Below are positions 26,983 to 36,489 of a stretch of DNA of 64,000 nt, piece by piece; the stretch's first letter is position 1; each line of letters opens with the position of its first letter. The position numbers and the translations under genes were made by a program. The notes beneath the pieces are model-generated. The model worked only from the letters and a program-made list of their open reading frames with translations, was not told the origin of the DNA and did not search any database. This stretch comes from an archaeon. GTDB taxonomy: Archaea > Nanobdellota > Nanobdellia > Woesearchaeales > UBA9642. The stretch lies in NCBI GenBank assembly GCA_043806035.1, contig JAZDHK010000033.1:47103-111102 (forward strand). Reading direction: 5' to 3'.

Positions 26983-27444
26983 TCATCCCCTCTTTTCTTC
27001 CTTCAAGAGTTTTATTTCTTGTTCGAATGTTTTCAAGTCGGCAAAGTCTTTGTAGACGCTAGCGAATCTGATGTATGCGACAGCATCAAGGTTCCTGAGT
27101 TTTTTCATCACCAGCTCGCCTATGTGTTGGCTGCTGATCTCGATACTGTTCTGCCTGCGTAATGTCCGTTCGATATCGTCTACTGCTTTCTCGATCCGTT
27201 CCTTGTCTACGGGACGTTTCTGGCAGGCTTTGAGCAGGCCCATGAGCATTTTGTTCCTGTCGAATTTTTCTTTCGAACCATCTTTTTTGATAACGCTTAA
27301 TTCTATCTCTTCGATGCGCTCAAAGGTGGTGAAGCGCTTTTCGCACTTGAGGCATTCTCTTCTGCGCTTGAGCACGTCCGCCTCATCGTTGTCGCGGGAT
27401 TCCAGAACTTTTGTCTCTGCATGAGCGCAATACGGACATTTCAT
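26983..27444 (-). CDS. nrdR: Transcriptional repressor NrdR
   Basis: MKCPYC...RRRECLKCEKRFTTFE, ATP-cone, VAYIRFASVY. Confidence 0.96.
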   Translation of the reverse strand: MKCPYCAHAETKVLESRDNDEADVLKRRRECLKCEKRFTTFERIEEIELSVIKKDGSKEKFDRNKMLMGLLKACQKRPVDKERIEKAVDDIERTLRRQNSIEISSQHIGELVMKKLRNLDAVAYIRFASVYKDFADLKTFEQEIKLLKEEKRG

Positions 27445-27476
27445 AACCCACCTTGTCACTGTGCAAGAGCAAAAAA

Positions 27477-27523
27477 ACACTGTATTTAGTGTTTTTTTGC
27501 TCAAAAAACACTACATCTAGCGT
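27477..27523. promoter_or_regulatory. Tandem NrdR boxes
   Basis: ACACTGTATTTAGTGT (27477-27492) and ACACTACATCTAGCGT (27508-27523), offset by 31 bp; both match acaCwAtATaTwGtg. Confidence 0.85.
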
Positions 27524-27772
27524 TCTCTGCAGTAAGTCATATTTAAAGATTGTTGTGGTGCAAAACGTGCAAAGCAGTGCGTATGAAGCAGCAGTTATGT
27601 ACTAATACATAGGTGCTAGTCGGTCTGTTCTTACCTTGCTGGGATTTCAGGAGAACTGCCAGGGGGTAGCTCAAAGAGAAATGCCTGGCAGCTTGCATCC
27701 TTGCTAGAAGTAAGCTTTAAATACGACCCACACATTTCATTCTTAACAATCGTTAATTGAAGGAGAGCGTCA

Positions 27773-29161
27773 ATGAGTGAACGGTTCGATCACAAAAATG
27801 AGGAAACGCCGGATAGCTATATTTACAAGGCAATTCCTGGCTTGACTGAAGAGCTCATCCGAGAGATTTCAAAGCAGAAGAACGAGCCTGAATGGATGCT
27901 GCAAAAACGGCTCAAAGGCCTTGCGGCGTTCAACAGCATGCCTCTCCCTTCTTGGGGGCCCGACCTTGCAAAACTTGACTTCAGCAAGATAACCTTCTTT
28001 GCCAGGCCAAATGCCGCAAAGAATGCCAAGCAGTGGGAGGACGTCCCTGAAAAGATCAAGCAGACGTTCGAACGATTAGGCATTCCCGAGGCCGAGCGCA
28101 AAGCACTCAGTGGCGTTGGTGCACAATACGAAAGTGAAGTCGTCTATCACAACCTCAAGAAAGAATGGGAAGACCAAGGAGTCATTTTCTTGGACATGGA
28201 TGAAGCACTGCACACCCATCCTGAGCTGGTGAAGCACCACTTTATGACCAACTGTGTCCCCATCACCGATCACAAGTTCGCAGCACTGCATGCGGCAGTC
28301 TGGAGCGGAGGAACCTTTTTGTACGTGCCCAAGGGAGTGCACGTCTCCATGCCCTTGCAAGCGTATTTTCGTATGAATGCAGCAAAAATGGGCCAGTTCG
28401 AACACACCCTCATCATCATAGAAGATGACGCGCAAGCACACTACATCGAAGGCTGCTCCGCTCCGCAATACAATGACAATTCCCTCCATGCCGGATGCGT
28501 CGAGATCTACGTCAAGAAAAATGCACGCATGCGCTACAGCAGCGTTGAGAATTGGTCAAGGAACACGTACAACCTCAACACGAAACGCGCCATCGTGGAA
28601 GAAAATGGAATCATTGAATGGGTGAACGGAAATCTTGGCAGCTGTGTCACCCTGCTCTATCCCTGCAGTATCCTTAAAGGAAAAGGCGCCAGGGCGGACT
28701 TTTTAGGAATTGCAATGGCAGGGAAAGGACAGAACCAAGACACAGGTGCCAAGGTATTTCATCTAGCATCGCACACCTCCTCAACCATAACAAGCAAGAG
28801 CATCAGCAAGGATGGTGGCATTACTTCCTATAGAGGAATATTGCGCATTGCCAAGACGGCGAAGCAATGCACGTCCAGCGTACAGTGCGATGCGCTCATG
28901 ATCGATGCGGGAAGTCAGAGCAACACGTATCCCGTCATTGCTGTCCAGGAAGAAGATGCCCAGGTTGTTCACGAGGCGACCGTAGGAAGGATTGGTCCGG
29001 AGCAAATATTCTACCTACAGAGCAGAGGATTAAGTGAACAGGAAGCCAAGCAGATGATCGTCTCAGGATTCATAGAACCCATCGTCAAAGAACTCCCGCT
29101 AGAATATGCCGTTGAGCTCAACAGGCTCATAGAACTCGAGATGGAGGGCAGTCTCGGATGA
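27773..29161 (+). CDS. sufB: Fe-S cluster assembly protein SufB
   Basis: GAQYESE, GQFEHT, YIEGC, HEATVG, LPLEYAVELNRLI. Confidence 0.96.
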   Translation: MSERFDHKNEETPDSYIYKAIPGLTEELIREISKQKNEPEWMLQKRLKGLAAFNSMPLPSWGPDLAKLDFSKITFFARPNAAKNAKQWEDVPEKIKQTFERLGIPEAERKALSGVGAQYESEVVYHNLKKEWEDQGVIFLDMDEALHTHPELVKHHFMTNCVPITDHKFAALHAAVWSGGTFLYVPKGVHVSMPLQAYFRMNAAKMGQFEHTLIIIEDDAQAHYIEGCSAPQYNDNSLHAGCVEIYVKKNARMRYSSVENWSRNTYNLNTKRAIVEENGIIEWVNGNLGSCVTLLYPCSILKGKGARADFLGIAMAGKGQNQDTGAKVFHLASHTSSTITSKSISKDGGITSYRGILRIAKTAKQCTSSVQCDALMIDAGSQSNTYPVIAVQEEDAQVVHEATVGRIGPEQIFYLQSRGLSEQEAKQMIVSGFIEPIVKELPLEYAVELNRLIELEMEGSLG

Positions 29162-30120
29162 AATCACGTACATATGGGTTGGGAGTGTACACGGATCTTT
29201 CTGTGTACGGTGCGCAGGAGCTCAGAAAGAAACTCACGCGGGCAACTCAAGAAGTAGTATTGCCTTATCCGAAGAATGATCTTGCAGAGCTTGCCTATGT
29301 GCACGTTTCAGAACAGGTACGCGTGCTCATAAAGGAAAAGAACGAACAGCACACATTCCTTTTGGATAAGACAAGCAAGCCGTGCAGTTTCATCACCATC
29401 AACGTGGGCAAGGGTTGTAGCGGAACGGTGGTTCTGCACAGTACAGGGGAAGGCAGGTTCGGTTCGAGCGTTGTTCGTGTTGTTCTTGAAGAACGTGCAG
29501 CACTGGCCGTGTATGCACTCCATGATGCGGCAGTTTCCTTATTCTATGCAGAGCAGGAAAGTAGACTGGAGGAGCGGGCAGTTCTCGGATGGACGGACAT
29601 CGTCCTTTCGGGCAGCACGGTGATAAGCGAGACAACGACAACACTCGCAGGCAACAGTGCACGAGCAGAACAACATGCTTGCTTTCTGGCAAAAGACGCC
29701 CAGTATGACATTGCCAGCACGGTCATTCATGAACGAGCAGACACGAAGAGCAATGTTGCCATCAAAGGCGTCTGCTTTTCAGGAAGTGCTCTCTTCAGAG
29801 GGCTGATCAAGATATTGCCTGCAGCAACGGGCAGTGATGGCTATCAGAAGTCAGACATCCTTTTGCTTTCGCAACAGGCAAAGGCAAACGTCATCCCCAC
29901 GCTCGAGATCCAGAATGCAGACGTCAAATGCTCGCACGGAGCGACGATTGCACCGCACAATCCTGAAAAACTATTCTATCTCATGAGCAGAGGCCTGTCA
30001 AAGAGCGAGGCATTGCAACTCCTCCTGACCGGCTTTTTTGAGCCGCTCACTCAGACATTTCCAGAAAGCATAAAAAACCTCCTACAAGAAAGAGTGGCAA
30101 GAGAGGCAGAACATGCATGA
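29158..30120 (+). CDS. sufD: Fe-S cluster assembly protein SufD
   Basis: P.LEI...DVKCSHGAT, FYLMSRG. Confidence 0.9.
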   Translation: MKSRTYGLGVYTDLSVYGAQELRKKLTRATQEVVLPYPKNDLAELAYVHVSEQVRVLIKEKNEQHTFLLDKTSKPCSFITINVGKGCSGTVVLHSTGEGRFGSSVVRVVLEERAALAVYALHDAAVSLFYAEQESRLEERAVLGWTDIVLSGSTVISETTTTLAGNSARAEQHACFLAKDAQYDIASTVIHERADTKSNVAIKGVCFSGSALFRGLIKILPAATGSDGYQKSDILLLSQQAKANVIPTLEIQNADVKCSHGATIAPHNPEKLFYLMSRGLSKSEALQLLLTGFFEPLTQTFPESIKNLLQERVAREAEHA

Positions 30121-31258
30121 TTTTCCCTTGCTGAAAAACATCACGTACTTGGACAGTGCAGCAACAACCCAGACTCCCGTTCAGGTCGTGCAAGCAATGG
30201 CAGACTACTATGAACACTATAGATCAAACACGCATCGTGGGCTGTATGCGTTGAGTGAGCGCGCAACGGAAGCGTACGAGCGCACAAGAACCGATGTTGC
30301 AAGCTTGCTCGGAAAGCATCCTGAAGAGATTATCTTCACACAAAGCACAACCTATGCCCTGAACATGCTGTCGTTCATGCTCGAAAAGCTGCTCACAAAA
30401 AAAGACACCATCCTGATTTCCGAAATGGAGCATCACAGCAACTACCTGCCCTGGAAACGCCTTTGCGAACGAACGGGAGCACGACTGGAAGTCATCCCGT
30501 TGACAGATAATGGTTTGTTGGATCAGGGAGCAATCGAAGAGTTGCTCCCATCAGCGAAAATACTTGCCCTCACGCAAGCATCAAACGTGCTCGGCACAAC
30601 AAATCCTGGCAGCATATTTGAGAAGGCACGCCAGCAAGGAACGATAACCGTGCTTGATGCCGCACAATCCCTGCCACACTTGCTCACGGCCAAAGCAGAC
30701 TTCATCGCCTGTTCTGCCCACAAGATGCTCGGGCCCACGGGAGTTGGCGTGCTTGCAGGCAAGAAGGACCTATTAGAGACACTCGACCCTCCCTTCGTGG
30801 GAGGAGGCATGGTGGCAAATGTCAAACCAGAACAGTGGATGGAGCTTCCATTGAAGTTCGAGGCAGGAACACAGAACATAGCAGGAGTCATCGGCTGGGG
30901 AGAGGCAATAGCATACTTGCGCAAACACCGAGACTTGCTCGAGAGAAAGGACAAAGAAATCACTGCCCATTTCCTCGCGCACAAACCAGACTATCTAGAA
31001 CTCTACGGACCGACAACAGCAAAGAACCGCCTGCCCATCTTCAGCTTCAACCTACAAGGCATACACTGTCATGACGTTGCATCGATGCTTGCGCAGAACG
31101 GCATTTGCGTCAGGGCAGGCCATCACTGCGCCATCCCCATCATGCGCCGCTACAAAACGCAAGGCATGGTTCGTGCAAGCGCACACCTCTACAACACCAC
31201 ACAGGACATAGACGCACTCTTCAAAAGCATAGAGCGGATACGGAAGCGATTTGCATGA
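30113..31258 (+). CDS. sufS: Cysteine desulfurase SufS
   Basis: YLDSAAT, EHHSN, SAHKMLGPTG, RAGHHCA. Confidence 0.95.
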   Translation: MHDFPLLKNITYLDSAATTQTPVQVVQAMADYYEHYRSNTHRGLYALSERATEAYERTRTDVASLLGKHPEEIIFTQSTTYALNMLSFMLEKLLTKKDTILISEMEHHSNYLPWKRLCERTGARLEVIPLTDNGLLDQGAIEELLPSAKILALTQASNVLGTTNPGSIFEKARQQGTITVLDAAQSLPHLLTAKADFIACSAHKMLGPTGVGVLAGKKDLLETLDPPFVGGGMVANVKPEQWMELPLKFEAGTQNIAGVIGWGEAIAYLRKHRDLLERKDKEITAHFLAHKPDYLELYGPTTAKNRLPIFSFNLQGIHCHDVASMLAQNGICVRAGHHCAIPIMRRYKTQGMVRASAHLYNTTQDIDALFKSIERIRKRFA

Positions 31259-31620
31259 ATCTATACAGAGAAATCATCATGGACCACTTCAAGCATCCGA
31301 GAAATGTGGGTAGCATTCCTGACGGCATAACGCAGAATGAAGTCAATCCCTTGTGCGGGGATAGCACCACGCTTTCCTTGTGCATTCAAGATAGACGGAT
31401 AACTGACGCAAAGCACATAACGAAAGGCTGCGCGATCAGCATAGCATCCATGTCATTGCTCACCGAGCACATCAAAGGCAAGAGCGTCGATGAAATCCAG
31501 GCGATGACTGCAGATGACATGTTCACGCTCATAGGAACGAATCCCGGATCGGCAAGGCTCAAATGCGTGCTCCTCCCCTTATCGACGCTCAAAACAGCAT
31601 TGGCACGAGGAAAACCATGA
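31255..31620 (+). CDS. sufU: SufU/IscU-like scaffold or sulfur-transfer protein
   Basis: LYREIIMDH..HPRN, NPLCGD, GCAIS, RLKC. Confidence 0.92.
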   Translation: MNLYREIIMDHFKHPRNVGSIPDGITQNEVNPLCGDSTTLSLCIQDRRITDAKHITKGCAISIASMSLLTEHIKGKSVDEIQAMTADDMFTLIGTNPGSARLKCVLLPLSTLKTALARGKP

Positions 31621-32354
31621 CAGAGCTACTCAAAATAAGCGATTTGCACGTACGCGTTGAGGAAAAAGACATTTTGAAAGGAGTGAGTTTCTCGATCAAG
31701 AAAGGAGAGATTGTTGCCCTGATGGGTCCCAATGGTTCAGGCAAGAGCACACTGAGCCAGGCCATCATGGGAAATCCTAACTTCACCATCTCAAAAGGAG
31801 ATGTGCTGTTTGAGGGAAAGAGCATACAACCGCTACGTCCTGACGAGCGATCCAAGCTCGGCATATTCCTCAGCTTCCAATATCCCGTAGAAATTCCTGG
31901 TGTGACACTATCCCACTTCTTACGAGCAGCCATCAATGCGCGGCGAGAACAAAAAATGCCCGTTGCAGAATTCATGCAGGCACTCAACAAAAACCTCGCC
32001 CTGCTGCACATGGACAAATCCTTTGCGGACAGGTACGTACATGCGGGTTTTAGTGGTGGTGAGAAGAAGATGACGGAAATACTGCAGCTCGCCCTGCTGC
32101 AGCCAAAACTGGCAATTCTTGATGAGACCGATTCGGGGCTGGACATCGATGCACTCAAGCACGTTGCTGAAGGAATAACTTCAGTCAAGACACCAGACAG
32201 GGGCATACTCATCATCACGCACTATCAGCGAATGCTTAATTACGTGCGTCCTGATCGCGTGCTGATCATGCTCGACGGTTGCATCAAGGAACAGGGAGGT
32301 CCTGAACTTGTTGAGAAGCTGGAAAAGCAGGGCTATGATTGGTTGAGAACGTGA
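31617..32354 (+). CDS. sufC: Fe-S assembly ATPase SufC
   Basis: GPNGSGKS, FQYPVEIPG, GFSGGEKK, LDETDSGLD. Confidence 0.96.
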   Translation: MTELLKISDLHVRVEEKDILKGVSFSIKKGEIVALMGPNGSGKSTLSQAIMGNPNFTISKGDVLFEGKSIQPLRPDERSKLGIFLSFQYPVEIPGVTLSHFLRAAINARREQKMPVAEFMQALNKNLALLHMDKSFADRYVHAGFSGGEKKMTEILQLALLQPKLAILDETDSGLDIDALKHVAEGITSVKTPDRGILIITHYQRMLNYVRPDRVLIMLDGCIKEQGGPELVEKLEKQGYDWLRT

Positions 32355-33001
32355 GATGTTCTGCACGTGTTCTGAACAATGTGCAGCTTACACCGACGGT
32401 GTGGCGACTCACCATACTTCTCGATGAGGACATTACGTGCAAACCAGGGCAGTATATGAGTTTTGAATTCGAGGAAAACGGCAGCATCTTTCGTAGGCCG
32501 TACAGTGTCCTCGCCCAACTTGATATGAGACAGCTCGAATTTCTCGTCAAAAGAAAAGGGAAGTTCAGCAGTCTGCTCTGTGATGTACGTGCGAGCCAAA
32601 AATTGACAATACTCGGGCCTTTCGGCAAATTCTTGCTCGAGCCTGCGCAACAGATGATATTCATTGCAACAAGCACAGGACTCTCTCCCCTGTTCTGCAT
32701 GCTCTCTACACGACCAGCAGGCAAGTCATGGCTGTTCTTTGGCGCAAGGACAGAAGAGGAACTGCTGCTGCACGACCAATTGTCGCAGCTCGACATCACC
32801 TACCTGCCCATTCTGAGCAGGTCTCCGCAGTGGCGGGGCGAGCAAGGACACGTCCAGGACGCACTGGCCAGGCACTGGAGTGCAGTTGCTGACGGTGTTT
32901 TTTACATTTGCGGCGGCAAAGGCATGGTCGATGACGTACGCGCATTCCTCGAAGGCAAGGGAGTTCCCGAGGAAAGAATAAAATTTGAAGAATACACCTG
33001 A
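32339..33001 (+). CDS. FAD/NAD(P)-binding oxidoreductase (ferredoxin-NADP reductase-like)
   Basis: PGQY, RPYS, GP.G.F, (G)TGLSP and YICG motifs, C-terminal EEY. Confidence 0.88.
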   Translation: MVENVRCSARVLNNVQLTPTVWRLTILLDEDITCKPGQYMSFEFEENGSIFRRPYSVLAQLDMRQLEFLVKRKGKFSSLLCDVRASQKLTILGPFGKFLLEPAQQMIFIATSTGLSPLFCMLSTRPAGKSWLFFGARTEEELLLHDQLSQLDITYLPILSRSPQWRGEQGHVQDALARHWSAVADGVFYICGGKGMVDDVRAFLEGKGVPEERIKFEEYT

Positions 33002-33024
33002 GTGCTGTTTCCTTGCAAGAATAT

Positions 33025-33882
33025 TCATATTTCCTTTTTCTTCAGCAGAGGTGTGACGTCGACATTGCTGATGTCTTGCTCGACGAGCGCTTGCTTGGCA
33101 ATTTGCGGTAGGCCATCGCCGTACGTCGGCTTGCTCGTCTTGTAGAACAAGCCAATAGGCAATTTTTCGTATTCTCTTGCTTTTTTGTGCGCTGCCTCGA
33201 AATCAGCAACATCATGCTTTGTTTCTTCTAGCTTGTACACGTTGGCCTTGTAATAGTCGAAGGTGTTTACTGTATTAAAGGATAGGCACGGCTGGAACAC
33301 GTCAATCAATGAGAACCCTTTGTGTTTGATTCCCTCGGTGATAAGATTGACGAGGTGCACAGTGTCTCCCGCGAATCCTCGGGCAATGTACGTTGCTCCC
33401 GCATCGAGCGCTAATGTCAACGGATTTATGGGCTCCTCCAATGTGCCGTCGGGCGTCGATTTGCTCTTGTATCCTTTCCCTGATGTCGGTGACGTTTGGC
33501 CTTTCGTCAGCCCATACACTTGATTGTTGTGCACGACATATGTGATGTCAATGTTTCGTCGCATGGCGTGAATGAAATGACTGAGCCCTATGCCGTAAGC
33601 ATCACCATCACCGCCTGCAGCGATGACCGTGAGCTTGTGGTTGCAGAGCTTTATGGCAGTTGCCACGGGCAGTGTCCTGCCATGGATACTTTCAAAGCCG
33701 TACACATGCACGTAATGCGGCGTTTTTCCCGAGCAGCCAATGCCTGAGACGAGAACAATATCCTTGGGTGCAACGCCTATTTTTGCAATTGCCTGCTTGA
33801 GCGCGAGCAGTATCCCGTAATTGCCACAGCCAGGGCACCATTGTGGATGAACGCTTGTTGTGAGTTCTTGGAAGGTAGTCAT
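33025..33882 (-). CDS. korB: 2-oxoacid:ferredoxin oxidoreductase beta subunit
   Basis: WCPGCG, SGIGCS, GGDGD...NN.YGLTKGQ TPP motif. Confidence 0.94.
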   Translation of the reverse strand: MTTFQELTTSVHPQWCPGCGNYGILLALKQAIAKIGVAPKDIVLVSGIGCSGKTPHYVHVYGFESIHGRTLPVATAIKLCNHKLTVIAAGGDGDAYGIGLSHFIHAMRRNIDITYVVHNNQVYGLTKGQTSPTSGKGYKSKSTPDGTLEEPINPLTLALDAGATYIARGFAGDTVHLVNLITEGIKHKGFSLIDVFQPCLSFNTVNTFDYYKANVYKLEETKHDVADFEAAHKKAREYEKLPIGLFYKTSKPTYGDGLPQIAKQALVEQDISNVDVTPLLKKKEI

Positions 33883-35603
33883 TGTTTCACCAATGCCTGC
33901 ACTCTTTCTTGGATGTCTTCCGGATAAAACGGCCTGCCGTCATACTTGAGGTAGGTGTTTGGGATGAAGATGCCTGTCTGCTGGAACAGCCAATCTCTGA
34001 ACTGTGCGAGACTGTTGCCTTCAACAACGATGGTCTTTTCAGGATTGGTGATGAGTTTTTTGGTCTCCTCGACAGGGAAGGGTGTGATGTAGGTATAGTG
34101 GATGAGTCGTGCCTTGATGCCTTTCCTTTCCAGGAAGCCGAGCGCTTCACGCGCAGGTCCTTTCGTCGATCCCCACGTGACGATAGTGTACTCTCCTTCT
34201 CCCATGACTCTGGGCTTGATGAGCGCGAGGGGAATGCTTTGTAGTTTTTTCATGCGCTTATCCGTCATGTGGACATGCATGAGCGGATCCTCTGATGTCT
34301 TGCCTCGCTCATCGTGCTCATAACTCGAGCAGACATACAGACAGTTTTGTTGGCCGGGCAGTGCGCGTGGAGAAATGCCGTCTGCTGTGAATTCGTGCCT
34401 CTGGTAGTCTGTCTGTCGTGCGGCTTCTTCGTTCGTGAGCAATTTTCCGCGAGTGATGGGGATTGCTGTCTTGAATGAGGGTGTTGTTTTTGCTGATGTT
34501 GCTAATTGCTTGTCTGACAAGATGATGACGGGAACTTGCAGTCCTTCTGCAACGTTGAATGCATTGACCGTTTCATAGAAGCATTCTTCCACATCCCCCG
34601 GCGCGATAACAACTCGGGGAAATTCGTCCTGTGATGCGTGCAGCATGAATCGCAAATCACCTTGTCCTGTATAGGTGGGTAAGCCTGTGCTCGGACCTGG
34701 GCGCTGCACTTCGACAACAACCAAGGGCACTTCCGTCAGGCCTGCCATGCCAAGCGCCTCGGTCATGAGCGAGAATCCACCGCCTGACGTGCCTGTCATG
34801 GCCCTAACCCCGCTATAATTTGCGCCTATGGCCATGAGGATTGCTGCCAGCTCATCCTCGGTGTGCTTGACGACAATGTTGTAGTTGTTTTGTTGCGCAG
34901 CAAGCACGTGCAGGATGCTGCTTGCTGGCGTCATGGGATATGCTGAATAGAACTTGCAGCCCGCCTTGAGGGCGCCGTAGCTGATGGCTTCATTGCCGTC
35001 GATGAGTGTGTTCGTCTCATGCGCAACTTCTTGGATGGTGTGCTTGAATGTTTTGTTCTGCACGGCATCATAGCCTTTCCTGATGGCGACCATGTTGTCC
35101 TGGATGACCTTTTCTGTCTTCTTGGCGAATTGCTTGCGAATGACTGCCTCCAAATGCTTGAGGTCTATTTTGAGCAGGCCCGTAACTGCACCGAATGCAA
35201 TGGTGTTTGCATAGATAGCGTTGCCCACCTCTAATGCCATTTTTTTGAGCGGCAAGCCATGCAAGATAACGTCTTTGCGGACAAGCGCACTAACATCTAA
35301 CTCCACGCGTCCCGTGTCATAAATGATGGCTCCCTGCTCTGATAGCTCCATATGGTGCTTGGTTATGGTCTGTGCATCCAATGCGATGAGAATGTCTATT
35401 TGCTTGATGCAGGAATGCAACTCTTGCTCTTCTGCTCTGATGAGGACGGTGTTGTGTCCTCCTTTGATCAGCGAAGGATAGTCAGACTGCATGAAGATGT
35501 GTAATCCTGCATGCTGCAATGCCTGGGCGCAGAGGCTGCCGATGGTCATGATGCCCCATCCTGCCTCGCCACCAACCTTGATAGAAACTTTGTTGACTGT
35601 CAT
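33879..35603 (-). CDS. korA: 2-oxoacid:ferredoxin oxidoreductase alpha (gamma-alpha fusion) subunit
   Basis: GGEAG.G, GNEA, YPMTP, EDE, TSGGG, QRPGPSTGLPT. Confidence 0.94.
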   Translation of the reverse strand: MTVNKVSIKVGGEAGWGIMTIGSLCAQALQHAGLHIFMQSDYPSLIKGGHNTVLIRAEEQELHSCIKQIDILIALDAQTITKHHMELSEQGAIIYDTGRVELDVSALVRKDVILHGLPLKKMALEVGNAIYANTIAFGAVTGLLKIDLKHLEAVIRKQFAKKTEKVIQDNMVAIRKGYDAVQNKTFKHTIQEVAHETNTLIDGNEAISYGALKAGCKFYSAYPMTPASSILHVLAAQQNNYNIVVKHTEDELAAILMAIGANYSGVRAMTGTSGGGFSLMTEALGMAGLTEVPLVVVEVQRPGPSTGLPTYTGQGDLRFMLHASQDEFPRVVIAPGDVEECFYETVNAFNVAEGLQVPVIILSDKQLATSAKTTPSFKTAIPITRGKLLTNEEAARQTDYQRHEFTADGISPRALPGQQNCLYVCSSYEHDERGKTSEDPLMHVHMTDKRMKKLQSIPLALIKPRVMGEGEYTIVTWGSTKGPAREALGFLERKGIKARLIHYTYITPFPVEETKKLITNPEKTIVVEGNSLAQFRDWLFQQTGIFIPNTYLKYDGRPFYPEDIQERVQALVKQ

Positions 35604-35777
35604 GCTCACCTCACGTCGTTGTCGTCTTGCAGGATGTTTATATAGGTTGCGGTCAAATCAACTGATTTTACACGTTAGCGGGCTTGCAGTCCACTGTACA
35701 ATTTTCTGTATTGAACTTGCAGAACTGTGGGACTGAATGTCGCACGCTTTTTTGATTAAACTTTTCGCAAAAGTTTA

Positions 35778-35852
35778 TGGACGAGGCGGGACGCAAGAAA
35801 TGCTGTGGCATTTCTGCGCGTCAGAAACTTTGTTTCTGAACGTTTGAACCCG
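35778..35852 (-). repeat. Duplicated tRNA-Ala 3' end interrupted in the T-loop by a 51-bp double-hairpin insert
   Basis: Minus strand reads CGGGTTCAAA[35842..35792]TCCCGCCTCGTCCA, versus the tRNA's CGGGTTCAAATCCCGCCTTGTCCA. Confidence 0.8.
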
Positions 35853-35890
35853 TTCAAATCAAGACGAAAACTCAAACGAATTACTTGCTA

Positions 35891-35964
35891 TGGACAAGGC
35901 GGGATTTGAACCCGCGGCCTCACCGTTGCGAACGGTGCGCTCTACCGAGCTGAGCTACTTGCCC
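35891..35964 (-). tRNA. tRNA-Ala(CGC)
   Basis: GGGCAAG/CTTGTCC acceptor with G3:U70; anticodon arm CACCG-TTCGCAA-CGGTG; GGTTCAAATCC. Confidence 0.95.
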
Positions 35965-36099
35965 ATGGTGTTGGAAACCCTTACGTTCTTTAAAAAAGTT
36001 CACAATCTCTTTGTTCTGCAGTCACACCGCAAATCGCTCATTAATGTCACTGTTGAGTGGTTATGAAACGAAACCTTTATAAACTCAGGCAATTTGGTA

Positions 36100-36408
36100 A
36101 TGTCCATGACGACCTTAGTCATGGAACTGGCAAAGAGTGCAAAGACTGCAACAACAGTGGGAATTGGATGTTTTGGGGCAGGGCTTGCCTGCGGTCTTGC
36201 AGGATATGATGCTGTTAACGACCCACTTATACCAATCATGGCAGCTAGCGTGGGTCTCGAAGCCACAGTTTGCGCTGTACAAAGAGCGGTCGATTTTGGG
36301 GGTGCGGGATCGGCCTTCGTTGGTGCAGAAGCTGGACTTGGCTTTGGCGCAGTATGCAGCTCAGCAGGTTATATCCTCGGTACGGGTATCCGTTACTTTA
36401 CTAATTGA
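36100..36408 (+). CDS. Small Gly/Ala-rich hydrophobic protein
   Basis: GxxxG-rich helices; BRE-TATA gaaacctttataaa upstream. Confidence 0.6.
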   Translation: MSMTTLVMELAKSAKTATTVGIGCFGAGLACGLAGYDAVNDPLIPIMAASVGLEATVCAVQRAVDFGGAGSAFVGAEAGLGFGAVCSSAGYILGTGIRYFTN

Positions 36409-36489
36409 TGCTACACGATGTGTAGTCTTAGACATTGTGTTTTCAAACTAATTTTATCTTTGCAACAAGGAGAATGTTGATATCTACTA

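Noticed and set aside
27610-27662. AGGTGC...TCAGGAGAACTGCC resembling a cobalamin riboswitch B12 box near nrdJ
   Set aside because: It is on the wrong strand for nrdR-nrdJ, lies outside the TATA-defined leader, and lacks the GGGAA/CCCGC core.
35677-35747. Imperfect hairpin CAGTCCAC...GTGGGACTG with an 8-bp match to the tRNA-Pro 3' end
   Set aside because: The match is too short to call an att site and no tRNA-like fold is evident.
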